A stretch of 64,000 bases of DNA from Candidatus Sericytochromatia bacterium (GTDB lineage: Bacteria; Cyanobacteriota; Sericytochromatia; S15B-MN24; VGJW01), in contig JAYKHS010000024.1 of the NCBI GenBank assembly GCA_035285865.1, positions 37,030 through 101,029 on the forward strand. The letters are read 5' to 3'. A program made the position numbers and the translations under genes. This document shows, piece after piece, positions 17,282 to 27,461 of this stretch. The notes under the pieces are model-generated. The model worked only from the letters and a program-made list of their open reading frames with translations. It was not told the origin of the DNA and did no database searches. Numbering within the stretch: the stretch's first letter is position 1; each line of letters starts with the position of its first letter.

Positions 17282-17287
17282 CAAGCG

Positions 17288-18154
17288 TCAACCGGGGGGC
17301 GCGTCCGCGGAAGCCACGGGGGACTGCGCACCCGCCAGGCGACGCAGCAAGGCACGCCAGAAGGACTGCTCCGGCCCGGCGACACAGCGTGGCAGCAGGA
17401 CCACCGCAAGCCTCAAGGCGAGCAGAAATCGGTCCACCGGCCCGTTGAAGCGCCGGTAATAACGCACCTGGCCCTGACGCCGATACCACTCCAGACGATG
17501 GCCAAGGGCGCGGGTCGCGACCCCCCTGATATGCTCGGCCCGCGCATCCGGTACCAAACGCAATCGCCAGCCCTCTTCCCTCATGCGTCGGCAGAGATCG
17601 GCATCCTCGTAATAGAGGAAGTAACCCGGGTCGAATCCTCCGACTGCATCCCACGCCTCCCGACGAACCAGCAGGCAGCAGGCACTCAACCACGGCACGT
17701 CACGGACGCCGACGGGGCGATTGGGTGTCGTTCGACCCCGCCGCCGCTCCGACCACTCGCTGACAAAGGCCGGATCCGCACCCCAGGTCCGCTCCCACGA
17801 CCCCGAGTGGTCCTGCACGGCCGGGCCAACCGCCGCCAACCGCGAATCCGCACCCAAGGCGTCAGCCAGGCATCCTAGACCGGCGGCATCGATCCGCGCG
17901 TCGGGGTTCAACAGGAGGATGTCGGCCTTCCCGAGCTCGGCTGCGCCGAGATTGCACGCCTGTCCGAAGCCGAGATTCCTCCCCGGGACGATCACCCGGA
18001 CTCCCGGACGCACAGCCTGCAACGCCTTCGCGAATCCCTCCTCAGCGGCATTGTCGATCACCACCACCTCGAGGTCGGCCGGCAAGGCTGCCAAGGCCCC
18101 GCGCAGCACGTCTCCCGAATGCCAGCTGACCAGCACCACGCCTGTCTCGGCCAT
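17288..18154 (-). CDS. Glycosyltransferase family 2 (WbbL-like, possible rhamnosyltransferase)
   Basis: VIDNA, NLGFGQACNLG, LLNPDA, GGFDPGYFLYYEDADLC. Confidence 0.88.
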   Translation of the reverse strand: MAETGVVLVSWHSGDVLRGALAALPADLEVVVIDNAAEEGFAKALQAVRPGVRVIVPGRNLGFGQACNLGAAELGKADILLLNPDARIDAAGLGCLADALGADSRLAAVGPAVQDHSGSWERTWGADPAFVSEWSERRRGRTTPNRPVGVRDVPWLSACCLLVRREAWDAVGGFDPGYFLYYEDADLCRRMREEGWRLRLVPDARAEHIRGVATRALGHRLEWYRRQGQVRYYRRFNGPVDRFLLALRLAVVLLPRCVAGPEQSFWRALLRRLAGAQSPVASADAPPG

Positions 18155-18157
18155 CGC

Positions 18158-20050
18158 TCAGGCTCTCTGGACCGGCAGGGGGCGATTGCCCAGGAACCAG
18201 CCGGTGAGGGCCAGCAGCAGGGCCAGAATCGCGGTGGCCACCCCCTGCCCCGCCAGGCCGGCCAATCCCAGCGGATCGTGACGCAACTCCAGCACGTGCA
18301 CCCCCGAAGACACCGGCACGGCAGCCAATCCCCCATAAGCCGGAAGCAGGGAAGCCTCCGTGAGGACCTCCCCCGAGCGCACCAGCACGCGCCACGCCGG
18401 ATCGAATCGCAGCGCCAGCACCGCGTGCCCGTCGCCCGTGGCCGAGACCCTGAAGGACCAGAAGCCGGGCTTGCGGACAAGATCGGTCACCAGTCCCGCC
18501 GATCCGGTAGAAACCGGCCCCGGCATGACGCCCTCGGGCAACCAGAGTTCCTCGGGACCGCCGGGCGATGCCTTGGCAAGCGCCAAGCGCAAGGACTCCG
18601 CCGGCAGGACACGCACCGGATCCCCGGTGAACCGCACCCAAGGACGCGCAAAGGGACGCACCGAGACACGCATGTCCGGGCCATCATGAGCCAGCAGCTC
18701 GCCCTCGGGAACGCTCGCGGACGGCGGCAGCACCGTCTGGCGAACGGCCAACATGTCGAGGACCGCGCCACCGATGGAGAGAAAGCGCCGATGGTCCTCG
18801 GGAGAGGCGTCGTCGCCCGCATCCTCCAGGCCGTACATGCTGCACAGGACACCGGGGATCATGTCACCCGACCGCCGAATGCGTCCCTCCTCCCTCAAGG
18901 GGACCGTGAAGTATAGCCCTGCAGTCTCGGGCAACCGGCCCGGCCACGGTCGGTCCGGCAGGCTGCCCAGATGCAGGACCAGAGATTCCGCGGCCAGCAG
19001 CACGGGCCACCAGCGAGCCAACTGGCCCCCGCGCCACGTTACGGCCCCGAGGCCCGCGAGCATGGCCACGGCCGGAAGAACCACGACCAACAGGCCGGGC
19101 GCCCAGGGAACCGCGGCCGCCACGGCCGGCAACAGCCAGCGCCGGCGATCCGTGAGGCCGGCGAAGCCCATCCCGGCAGCCAGCAGCAGAAGGAATCCAG
19201 GCCATCCGGCTCCGCGTCCCGCCCACGACGTACCGTCCCAGGCCAGCCAACCCGGCAGGCAGACAGGCACGATCGCGGCACCCAGCAACAAGCCTCCCAG
19301 CATCACGAATGCCGTGCGACGCGACTTTCCAGCCAGCAGCAGGACCACGCCCAGCGCACCGACCAGCACCACCGCCGCCGCCACGGGCGCAGCAGTCAGC
19401 CACGCCCAGCCGGAGGCAAGGGCCACGAGGCCGCACCCGCGCCACCAGGCGCCGCGCCGGACCTGATCGATGGCCAGCAGCAGCCACGGCGCCACGGCCA
19501 CCGCACCGTCCAGTTCGAGGAGATGGACGTGAAAGGCCCACGGGGAGACACCTGCGACCACGCCCGCCACGATCGCACCGGCGGCAGGCAGGCCCATGCG
19601 CAGGGCCAGCAGGCCCGTGCCCAGAGCACAGAGCAGGCTGCGCAGGAGACCGAGCAGCAGCGTGGCCCGCTCCGGACCGAGCGGCAGAACAGCATGCAGC
19701 AGGGGATCGAGGACCGTCCCGGATCGACCATGCGCCAGGCCACCGACCCCACCCGCCGCCAGCGCCGGCTCGGCCCACGGCCAGCGCCGGTCGGCCAGCG
19801 CATCCAGTTCGCGCAACCACGTCGCGCGCGGTCCCTGCCAGGCACGACCCTCCTCGGTCTGGGCAAGGGTCTCGGGCGCTTGCTTGCCCCAAGGCAGGAC
19901 GGCCGCGAGTGCCCGGGTGGACCAAGGCAAGGCCCCAGCGCGCAGGGCCGGCGCCGCCACCGACAGCATGGTGCCCGACCACAGCAGCACGATGGCCACC
20001 AGCAAGCCCAGACGGCTCGTCCGGATGGCCGGCGGTTCAGCAGCTGACAT
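18158..20050 (-). CDS. YfhO-like polytopic membrane protein (putative GT-C glycosyltransferase)
   Basis: Many hydrophobic segments; C-terminal DPAWRV...PAYGGLAAVPVSSGVHVLELRHDP followed by a TM helix, typical of the YfhO C-terminus. Highly diverged. Confidence 0.6.
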   Translation of the reverse strand: MSAAEPPAIRTSRLGLLVAIVLLWSGTMLSVAAPALRAGALPWSTRALAAVLPWGKQAPETLAQTEEGRAWQGPRATWLRELDALADRRWPWAEPALAAGGVGGLAHGRSGTVLDPLLHAVLPLGPERATLLLGLLRSLLCALGTGLLALRMGLPAAGAIVAGVVAGVSPWAFHVHLLELDGAVAVAPWLLLAIDQVRRGAWWRGCGLVALASGWAWLTAAPVAAAVVLVGALGVVLLLAGKSRRTAFVMLGGLLLGAAIVPVCLPGWLAWDGTSWAGRGAGWPGFLLLLAAGMGFAGLTDRRRWLLPAVAAAVPWAPGLLVVVLPAVAMLAGLGAVTWRGGQLARWWPVLLAAESLVLHLGSLPDRPWPGRLPETAGLYFTVPLREEGRIRRSGDMIPGVLCSMYGLEDAGDDASPEDHRRFLSIGGAVLDMLAVRQTVLPPSASVPEGELLAHDGPDMRVSVRPFARPWVRFTGDPVRVLPAESLRLALAKASPGGPEELWLPEGVMPGPVSTGSAGLVTDLVRKPGFWSFRVSATGDGHAVLALRFDPAWRVLVRSGEVLTEASLLPAYGGLAAVPVSSGVHVLELRHDPLGLAGLAGQGVATAILALLLALTGWFLGNRPLPVQRA

Positions 20051-20135
20051 GGCGCATTCCTTGGGGAAAAGGCTATGCTTCACAGGATACACAGGTCCCT
20101 GTCCCCTCTGTTCCGTCCCTCCCCGATACGAGCGC

Positions 20136-21137
20136 ATGACCAAGGCCGCACGGCCCCGCCCTGATGCCGCACGAACGCGCGTCAGCGTTGTAGCGCCCTG
20201 CTACGACGAGGAAGAAGGCCTGCCGGCCCTGCGGGCTCGGTTGACGGACGTGCTCGATAGGCTCGGCAGCCCCTGGGAACTGATCCTTGTCGATGACGGC
20301 AGCCGGGACGGCACGCTCGACCTGATGCGCGCCTTCGCGTCCGAGGACCCGCGCATCAAGGCCGTCGGCCTGTCGCGCAACTTCGGCCATCAGGTCGCGG
20401 CAACCGCCGGTCTCGACCATGCAACGGGGGACGCCATCATCCTCATCGACGCGGACCTGCAGGACCCGCCCGAACTGATCCCGCAGATGCTCGAGCTGTG
20501 GCGGGAAGGCTGGGATGTCGTGTATGCCCAGAGGCGCACGCGCGTCGGTGAAACCGCCTTCAAGCGCTGGACGGCCCAGGCCTTCTACCGCATCCTGCGC
20601 AGCCTGACGCAGGTCCACATTCCGCTCGACACCGGCGACTTCCGCCTGATGGACCGCAAGGTGGTCGATGCCCTGCACCAGCTGCCCGAACGGCACCGGT
20701 TCCTGCGCGGGCTCGTGAGCTGGGTCGGCTTCCGCCAGACAGGACTGGTCTTCGACCGAGCCGAACGGTTCGCCGGCAGCACCAAGTATCCTCTGCGCAA
20801 GATGCTGGCTTTCGCGCTGGACGGCATCACGGGCTTCTCCTTCCTGCCCTTGCAGGTCGCCTCGTGGCTGGGCGTCTGGGTCTCGGTCATGGCCTTCTTC
20901 TCGATCTGCTGGGTACTTTGGGAGACCCTCGTGCGGCATGGCACCGTCCCGGGCTGGGCCTCGCTGATGGTGGCCATCCTTTTCCTCGGCGGCGTCCAGT
21001 TGCTGACCATCGGTCTCATCGGCGAGTACATCGGCCGCATTCTCGACGAAGTCCGCCAGCGACCGCTGTATCTGGTGCGCGAACAGCACAACGTGGACCT
21101 CCAGTCGCATGCATTGCGCGAGGCCGAACGCCCTTGA
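20136..21137 (+). CDS. GT2 undecaprenyl-phosphate glycosyltransferase (GtrB/YkcC/CsbB-like)
   Basis: VDDGSRD, LSRNFGHQ, DADLQDPPELI, DTGDFRLMDR, RFLRGLVSWVGF, two C-terminal TMs, GEYIGRI..EVRQRPLY. Confidence 0.92.
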   Translation: MTKAARPRPDAARTRVSVVAPCYDEEEGLPALRARLTDVLDRLGSPWELILVDDGSRDGTLDLMRAFASEDPRIKAVGLSRNFGHQVAATAGLDHATGDAIILIDADLQDPPELIPQMLELWREGWDVVYAQRRTRVGETAFKRWTAQAFYRILRSLTQVHIPLDTGDFRLMDRKVVDALHQLPERHRFLRGLVSWVGFRQTGLVFDRAERFAGSTKYPLRKMLAFALDGITGFSFLPLQVASWLGVWVSVMAFFSICWVLWETLVRHGTVPGWASLMVAILFLGGVQLLTIGLIGEYIGRILDEVRQRPLYLVREQHNVDLQSHALREAERP

Positions 21138-21889
21138 GCCCGGATCGTCCCCTGCTGTCGGTCCTGATGCCGGTCTTCAACGAGACAGGTTCCATCCGCC
21201 AGATTCTGGCCAAGGTCCGTGCCGTGCCACTGGATCTCGAGATTGTCGTCGTCGACGATGGTTCCTCGGACGGCACGCGGCAGATTCTGGAAACGGAAGG
21301 CCGGGTGCCCGGCACGCGCGTCATTCTCCATCCCCACAATCAGGGCAAGGGAGCGGCCATCCGCACCGGTCTGCGGGAGGTCTCCGGCCGCTACGTCGTG
21401 GTTCAGGACGCGGACCTCGAGTACGAACCCGATGAGTTGCCCGGGCTGCTCGCCCCGCTCGAGGCCGGCGAGGCAGACGTCGTGTACGGCAGCCGTTTCC
21501 TGGGCAATCCGCAGGACATGTCGTTCCTGCACCTGTTCGGCAACAAGTTCCTGACCTTCGTCACCAACGTGCTCTATGGAGCCCGACTGACGGACATGGA
21601 GACCTGCTACAAGGTCTTCCGGACCGAACTGGTCCAGCCGATGACCATAGTCTCCGACCGTTTCGACTTCGAGCCCGAGATCACCGCCAAGGTCCTCAGG
21701 ATGGGCCTGCGCGTCGCCGAACGGCCCATCCGGTATCATGGACGCAAGGCCCACGAGGGCAAGAAGATCACCTGGCGGGACGGTTTCGCAGCATTGGCCG
21801 CGCTCTGGCGTTGGCGCTGGGCGCCCATGTCGGCCATCCGCAGCGCAGCCGCAAGCGCCACCGCAAGCAGCAGGAGCAGAACACAATGA
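21134..21889 (+). CDS. GT2, DPM-synthase-like glycosyltransferase
   Basis: PVFNE, VDDGSSDGT, NQGKGAA, QDADLEY, VYGSRF, TDMETCYK, FDFEPEIT, EGKKITWRDG. TTGA overlap. Confidence 0.9.
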   Translation: MSPDRPLLSVLMPVFNETGSIRQILAKVRAVPLDLEIVVVDDGSSDGTRQILETEGRVPGTRVILHPHNQGKGAAIRTGLREVSGRYVVVQDADLEYEPDELPGLLAPLEAGEADVVYGSRFLGNPQDMSFLHLFGNKFLTFVTNVLYGARLTDMETCYKVFRTELVQPMTIVSDRFDFEPEITAKVLRMGLRVAERPIRYHGRKAHEGKKITWRDGFAALAALWRWRWAPMSAIRSAAASATASSRSRTQ

Positions 21890-22953
21890 AGGGCCTCATC
21901 CTCAGCGGCGGCAAAGGCACGCGCCTTCGCCCCATCACCCACACGGCAGCCAAGCAGCTGGTGCCCGTGGCCAACAAGCCCATCCTGTTCTATGCCATCG
22001 AGGCCATGGTGGACGCCGGCATCCGGGATATCGGCATCATCGTCGGGGACACGCACCTCGAGGTCCGCGAAGCCGTGGGAGACGGCAGCACGTGGGGCGC
22101 CCGCGTCACCTACATCCAGCAGGAGGCCCCGCTCGGCCTGGCGCATGCCGTCAAGATTTCCGAGGAGTTCATGGCCGGCGACGCCTTCGTCATGTATCTG
22201 GGCGACAACCTGATCCGCGGTGGCCTGCAACCCTTCGTGCGCCAGTTCGAAGAGGACAAGCCGGATGCGATGATCCTGCTGGCCCACGTGACCAATCCAC
22301 GGCAGTTCGGCGTTGCCGAGCTGGGCGAGGACGGCCGGGTCGTCCGCCTCGAAGAAAAGCCCCCCGAGCCGCGAACCGATCTGGCGCTGGTGGGCGTGTA
22401 CCTCTTCACCCCGAGGATTTTTGACGCCGTTCACGCCATCCGTCCCTCGACGCGCGGCGAGCTGGAGATCACGGACGCCATCCAGTACCTCATCGATCAC
22501 CAGCATCGCGTGATGCCCCACGTCATCAAGGGATGGTGGAAGGACACGGGCAAGCTCAGCGACATGCTCGAAGCCAACCGCATCATGCTCGATGACCTCG
22601 ACAGCAAGGTCGAAGGCCGCCTCGAGGGCAACAGCCAGGTCCAGGGCCGTGTCGTCCTTGCCCCGGATGCGGTGCTGATCGACACGGTGGTCCGCGGTCC
22701 GGCGATCATCGGCCCCGGGGCGCGCCTCGAGCACACGTTCGTGGGTCCCTATACCTCCATCGGCCCCGACGTCACCATCACGGGCAGCGAGATCGAGCAC
22801 TCCATCGTGCTGGCCGGAAGCCGCATCACCAACCTCGACGGGCGCATCACCGATAGCCTGCTGGGCAAGGACGTCGAGATCTGCCGGTCGGACCTGACGC
22901 CTCGTGCCCATCGGCTGATGATTGGCGACCACGGGCGCGTGGAACTGCCCTAA
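21886..22953 (+). CDS. rfbA: Glucose-1-phosphate thymidylyltransferase (long form)
   Basis: LILSGGKGTRLRPIT, KQLVPVANKP, PLGLAHA, YLGDN, RGELEITDAIQ, WWKDTG, C-terminal beta-helix. Confidence 0.93.
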   Translation: MKGLILSGGKGTRLRPITHTAAKQLVPVANKPILFYAIEAMVDAGIRDIGIIVGDTHLEVREAVGDGSTWGARVTYIQQEAPLGLAHAVKISEEFMAGDAFVMYLGDNLIRGGLQPFVRQFEEDKPDAMILLAHVTNPRQFGVAELGEDGRVVRLEEKPPEPRTDLALVGVYLFTPRIFDAVHAIRPSTRGELEITDAIQYLIDHQHRVMPHVIKGWWKDTGKLSDMLEANRIMLDDLDSKVEGRLEGNSQVQGRVVLAPDAVLIDTVVRGPAIIGPGARLEHTFVGPYTSIGPDVTITGSEIEHSIVLAGSRITNLDGRITDSLLGKDVEICRSDLTPRAHRLMIGDHGRVELP

Positions 22954-22968
22954 CAAGGAGCCTTCCCC

Positions 22969-24000
22969 ATGAAGATTCTCGTCACCGGCGGCTGCGGCTT
23001 CATCGGCAGCAATCTGGTCCGGCACCTTCTCGAGACCCGCCCCGAGGACACGGTCGTCAACCTGGACGTGCTGACCTATGCCGCGTGTCCGGAGAGTCTC
23101 AGCGACTTCGAGACGCACCCCCGCTACAGCTTCATCCGGGGCGACATCACGGACCGTGAGGTCGTCGCGACTGCGATGCAGGGCGTCGATGCCGTCATGC
23201 ACCTCGCGGCCGAAAGCCACGTCGACCGGTCGATCACCGATCCCGAGGCCTTCGTGCGCACGAACGTACTCGGCACTCAGACCCTGCTGGACGTGGCGCG
23301 CCATCAGGGCGTCACCCGCTTCCTCTACTGCAGCACCGACGAGGTCATGGGCACCCTTGGACCGACGGGCCTGTTCTCCGAGGACACGCCTATCCAGCCC
23401 AACTCACCCTATTCGGCCTCCAAGGCAGGTGGCGAGCTGCTGGCACGCGCCTTCCACCACACCTACGGCATGGAAACGGTCATCACCCGTTGCTCCAACA
23501 ACTATGGTCCTTACCAGTTCCCCGAGAAGCTCATCCCGCTCTTCCTCTTGAACCTGCTTCAGGGTGGCACGGTACCCGTTTACGGCGACGGCCTGAACGT
23601 GCGCGACTGGCTGTACGTGCTCGACCACTGCCGTGCCCTGGACCTCGTGCTGCGAACCGGCACCCCGGGCGAGGTCTACTGCGTCGGAGGCAATGCGGAG
23701 CGCACCAACCTGTTCATCACCCATTGGCTGATCGAGCGCCTTGGGCGCGACGCCTCGGCCATCCGGTACGTCCAGGACCGCCCGGGACACGACCGTCGCT
23801 ACGCCATCGACGCCTCGAAGATCAAGCGTGACCTCGGCTGGGAACCTTCCGTCGGATTCGAGGAGGGCATGGAGGCCACCGTGGCGTGGTACCTCGCCAA
23901 TGAGGCTTGGTGGCGTCCTTTGCAGGAGCGGGGCCTCGATGCCACCCGTGCCGCGGCCAACCGGACGCTGGCGGCAGGAACGGCCGAGGGCCACCGTTGA
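22969..24000 (+). CDS. rfbB: dTDP-glucose 4,6-dehydratase
   Basis: TGGCGFIGS, HLAAESHVDRSI, STDEV, PYSASK, NNYGPYQFPEKLIP, DRPGHDRRY. Confidence 0.96.
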   Translation: MKILVTGGCGFIGSNLVRHLLETRPEDTVVNLDVLTYAACPESLSDFETHPRYSFIRGDITDREVVATAMQGVDAVMHLAAESHVDRSITDPEAFVRTNVLGTQTLLDVARHQGVTRFLYCSTDEVMGTLGPTGLFSEDTPIQPNSPYSASKAGGELLARAFHHTYGMETVITRCSNNYGPYQFPEKLIPLFLLNLLQGGTVPVYGDGLNVRDWLYVLDHCRALDLVLRTGTPGEVYCVGGNAERTNLFITHWLIERLGRDASAIRYVQDRPGHDRRYAIDASKIKRDLGWEPSVGFEEGMEATVAWYLANEAWWRPLQERGLDATRAAANRTLAAGTAEGHR

Positions 24001-25391
24001 AGGTCGCGGTCGTCGGCGCCGGCTATGTCGGCCTGGTGACCGGCGCCTGTCTTGCCTGGCTGGAACATGACGTCATTCTGGTCGAGAACGACGTGGAAAG
24101 GTGCGCGGCCATCTCGGTCGGGCAATGTCCCATCCACGAGCCGGGCCTTCCCGAATTGCTGGGCGAAACGCTCGCCACCGGGCACCTGAGGATCGTCAGC
24201 AACCTCGAGCAGATACCTTCGGCGCCCGATGTGGTCTTCATCGCCGTCGGAACGCCCCCGCTACCTTCCGGAGAGCCCGACTTGTCGGCTCTAGAGTCCG
24301 TCGCGCGAGGCATCGGTCAGCACCTCGACCCCGAGGCTGGCATTCTCGTCGTCAACAAGAGCACCGTGCCCATCGGCTCGGGGAACTGGGTCGAGATGCT
24401 CATCGAGGAAGGCCTCTCGAAGCGGTCGGTCGTGGCCGGGCGCTCTGCAGAACGCAAGAGCCACAAGTTCCTCGTGGCATCCAACCCGGAATTCCTGCGC
24501 GAGGGCTCGGCCATCGGCGACACGCTGCATCCCGACCGAATCGTCACGGGTGCTGGCGATGCGCGTGCCTTCGCCATCCTGCGCCAGTTGTACCGGCCCA
24601 TCCTCGAGCAGGACTTCCCGGTCCCACCCGCGCTGGGCCTGAGCAGCCAGGGCCATCCCGTCCCGCTGGTCGAGACGGACCTCGCCTCGGCCGAGCTGGT
24701 CAAGTATGCGGCCAACGCGTTCCTCGCGACCAAGATCAGCTTCATCAACGAGATGGCAGCCATGGCAGAGAAGGTGGGCGCAGACATCACCGAAGTTGCC
24801 CGAGGCATTGGCCTCGACGCGCGTATCGGTCCGCGCTTCTTGCAGGCCGGCATCGGCTGGGGAGGTTCATGCTTCCGCAAGGATGTGCAGGCGCTCCAGG
24901 CCACGGCTCGGGAGTATGGCGTCCAGACCCGGCTGCTGGAGGCCGCCGTCGCGGTCAATGATCATCAGCGCCACGTGGTGCTCATCAAGCTCCAGGAGCA
25001 CCTGAAGATTCTCAAGGGCCGGACCATCGGCCTGCTCGGTCTCTCCTTCAAGCCGGACACCGACGATCTGCGCGACGCCCCGAGCCACACGATCGCGTTC
25101 CAGTTGCTCAAAGCCGGCGCCCGCGTACGCGTGCACGACCCCGTGGCCATGCCCCAGGCACGACGCCAGTGGACCGATCTGGACCTCGTCTACACCGTAG
25201 ACGCGCTTGAACTCGCCGAAGGGTGCGATGCGCTGGTCCTCGTCACGGAGTGGCCCACCTACCGTAAGGTGGACCTCGTGGCACTGGCCTCACGCATGCG
25301 CGGCCGAGTCCTCGTGGATGGCCGCAACGTTCTCGAACCCCAGCGTGCCCGGGAAGCCGGTCTGCAGCTGGTAGGCGTGGGCCGCGGCTGA
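23997..25391 (+). CDS. ugd: UDP-glucose 6-dehydrogenase
   Basis: GAGYVG, IAVGTP, KSTVP, SNPEFLREG, KYAANAFLA, GWGGSCF (catalytic Cys), FKPDTDDLR, DGRN. Confidence 0.94.
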   Translation: MKVAVVGAGYVGLVTGACLAWLEHDVILVENDVERCAAISVGQCPIHEPGLPELLGETLATGHLRIVSNLEQIPSAPDVVFIAVGTPPLPSGEPDLSALESVARGIGQHLDPEAGILVVNKSTVPIGSGNWVEMLIEEGLSKRSVVAGRSAERKSHKFLVASNPEFLREGSAIGDTLHPDRIVTGAGDARAFAILRQLYRPILEQDFPVPPALGLSSQGHPVPLVETDLASAELVKYAANAFLATKISFINEMAAMAEKVGADITEVARGIGLDARIGPRFLQAGIGWGGSCFRKDVQALQATAREYGVQTRLLEAAVAVNDHQRHVVLIKLQEHLKILKGRTIGLLGLSFKPDTDDLRDAPSHTIAFQLLKAGARVRVHDPVAMPQARRQWTDLDLVYTVDALELAEGCDALVLVTEWPTYRKVDLVALASRMRGRVLVDGRNVLEPQRAREAGLQLVGVGRG

Positions 25392-25392
25392 G

Positions 25393-26337
25393 ATGGCGCG
25401 CGCACTGGTGGCCGGCGGAGCCGGTTTTGTCGGCTCGCACCTGGTTGATGCCCTGTTGGCCGCAGGCCACGAGGTCGTCGCGGTCGACAACCTCTGCACC
25501 GGTCGCCGCGCCAACCTTGACCAAGCCCTTGCCTCGGGACGGTGCAGCCTCGTCGAAGCCGACCTGAGCGAGGGCCTGCCCGAGATCTCGCCCTGCGACA
25601 CGGTGTGGCACCTTGCCTCGCCTGCATCACCGCCCGACTATGGCCGCATGCCCATCGAGACGCTCCGCGTGGGCTCCGAGGGCACCAGACATCTCCTCGA
25701 GGCCAGCCGGCGCTGGCAGGCCCGCTTCCTGCTGGCCTCGACGTCCGAGGTCTACGGCGATCCGCAGGTCCATCCCCAGACCGAGGGCTACTGGGGTAAC
25801 GTCAACCCTATCGGTTGGCGCAGCTGCTACGACGAAGCCAAGCGCTACGCCGAGGCCTTGACGATGGCCTATCGTCGCACGCACGGCCTCGACACGCGGA
25901 TTGTCCGGATCTTCAACACCTATGGCCCGCGGATGCGTGCGGACGACGGCAGGGTCGTCTCCAACTTCATCTGCCAGGCCTTGGAAGGCCAGCCGCTGAC
26001 CCTGTACGGCACGGGCGACCAAACCCGCTCGTTCCAGTATGTCTCGGACCTCGTGGCCGGCTTGCAGGCATGGATGGCCGGGGGGGACGACATGCCGGTC
26101 AACCTGGGCAATCCCGGCGAGTTCACCATTCGCGAACTGGCCGACACGCTGGACCGGATGCTGGGCCTCGAGACCGGCAGGGAGCATCGCCCCCTGCCGC
26201 CGGATGACCCGAGGCAACGCCGGCCCGACATCACCCGAGCGACCGCCACCGTTGGCTGGAAGCCGGTCGTGCCGCTGGCCGAGGGCCTGGACTTGACTGC
26301 CGACTGGTTCAGGCAGGCGACAGACAGGTCCACGTGA
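25393..26337 (+). CDS. UDP-glucuronate decarboxylase (UDP-xylose synthase)-like SDR
   Basis: GGAGFVGSHL, HLASPASP, STSEVYGDP, YWGNVNPIG, CYDEAKR, RIFNTYGP, DGRVVSNF, DDPRQRRPDI. Confidence 0.9.
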   Translation: MARALVAGGAGFVGSHLVDALLAAGHEVVAVDNLCTGRRANLDQALASGRCSLVEADLSEGLPEISPCDTVWHLASPASPPDYGRMPIETLRVGSEGTRHLLEASRRWQARFLLASTSEVYGDPQVHPQTEGYWGNVNPIGWRSCYDEAKRYAEALTMAYRRTHGLDTRIVRIFNTYGPRMRADDGRVVSNFICQALEGQPLTLYGTGDQTRSFQYVSDLVAGLQAWMAGGDDMPVNLGNPGEFTIRELADTLDRMLGLETGREHRPLPPDDPRQRRPDITRATATVGWKPVVPLAEGLDLTADWFRQATDRST

Positions 26338-27461
26338 GCGCTTGCCCGAGTGTCGGCCTGGATGTGCGGATGTGGCACCACACGGGCATCGGCCGTTACA
26401 TCCGGGAGCTGTGGACCCGCCTTCCGGCCCATGATGTCCGGCTGGTGCCCTACGGGCCACCGAAAGTCCTCGCGGACCTCGACCAGCCGGGGATTCCCCT
26501 CGAAGCCCCGCTACATTCCATCCGCGAGCAAGTGGTCTTGGGCCTCGCCATCAGACAGCATCGGCCGGACCTCTTCCACGCGCCACACATCACGGCACCC
26601 CTGGCCTGTCCCGTGCCACTGGTCACCACGATCCACGACCTGATTCCCCTGCACGTGCCTGTCCTCGGACGACTCGGCACGGCCTACGTGCGGATGATGG
26701 GCACCAGGCTGGTGCCGGCAGGGTCGCGCCGGATCCTGACGGTCTCGGCCTTCACCCGCGACGACATGGTCGCGCGCGGTGTCCCTGCCGAGCGCATCAC
26801 CGTGACCCCGCTCGGAGTGGACCCGGCCTTCGGGGTGCACGTTCCCCGGGACCAAATAGCCGCGCTGCGCGCACGACTCGACCTGCCGGACAAGTACCTG
26901 CTGCACGTCGGCCAGTGGAAACCTCACAAGGGCCTTGCAACGGTGCTGCAGGCGATGGCGCGCCTGACGAGGGAAGGGACCGCCGTCCCCCCGCTGGTGC
27001 AACTGGGCCGCCCAGACCCGCGTCACGACATCCGCCCGCTGGCTGTCGACCTCGGCATCGGCCATCTGCTGCGCAACATTCCGGAGTTGCCGGATGAGGC
27101 GGATGTCCGGGGCCTGTACCAGGACGCCCTCGCCTTCCTGTTCCCGAGCCGCATCGAAGGCTTCGGCCTGCCGCCGCTGGAAGCCATGGCGGCAGGGATC
27201 CCGGTGGTGGCGGATACCGGCTCGGCAACGGCCGAAACACTGGCCGGCGCCTGCATCGAGGCCCGTTGGGACGACGTGGTAGCATGGCAAGACGCGCTCC
27301 GCGCCGTCCTGGGAGACGCCGGATTGCGCACGCGACTCGCAGGTATGGGCCGCGAGCGGGCCGACCGCTTCACCTGGGAGCACACGGCCCGTCTGACCGC
27401 CGAAATCTACCACAGGGTGCACGCCCACCCGGAAAGCCCGTCCGGAAGATCCCCATCGTGA
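26334..27461 (+). CDS. Glycosyltransferase family 4
   Basis: TGIGRY, TIHDLIP, PHKGL, FPSRIEGFGLPPLEAMA, FTWE. Confidence 0.92.
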   Translation: MSACPSVGLDVRMWHHTGIGRYIRELWTRLPAHDVRLVPYGPPKVLADLDQPGIPLEAPLHSIREQVVLGLAIRQHRPDLFHAPHITAPLACPVPLVTTIHDLIPLHVPVLGRLGTAYVRMMGTRLVPAGSRRILTVSAFTRDDMVARGVPAERITVTPLGVDPAFGVHVPRDQIAALRARLDLPDKYLLHVGQWKPHKGLATVLQAMARLTREGTAVPPLVQLGRPDPRHDIRPLAVDLGIGHLLRNIPELPDEADVRGLYQDALAFLFPSRIEGFGLPPLEAMAAGIPVVADTGSATAETLAGACIEARWDDVVAWQDALRAVLGDAGLRTRLAGMGRERADRFTWEHTARLTAEIYHRVHAHPESPSGRSPS

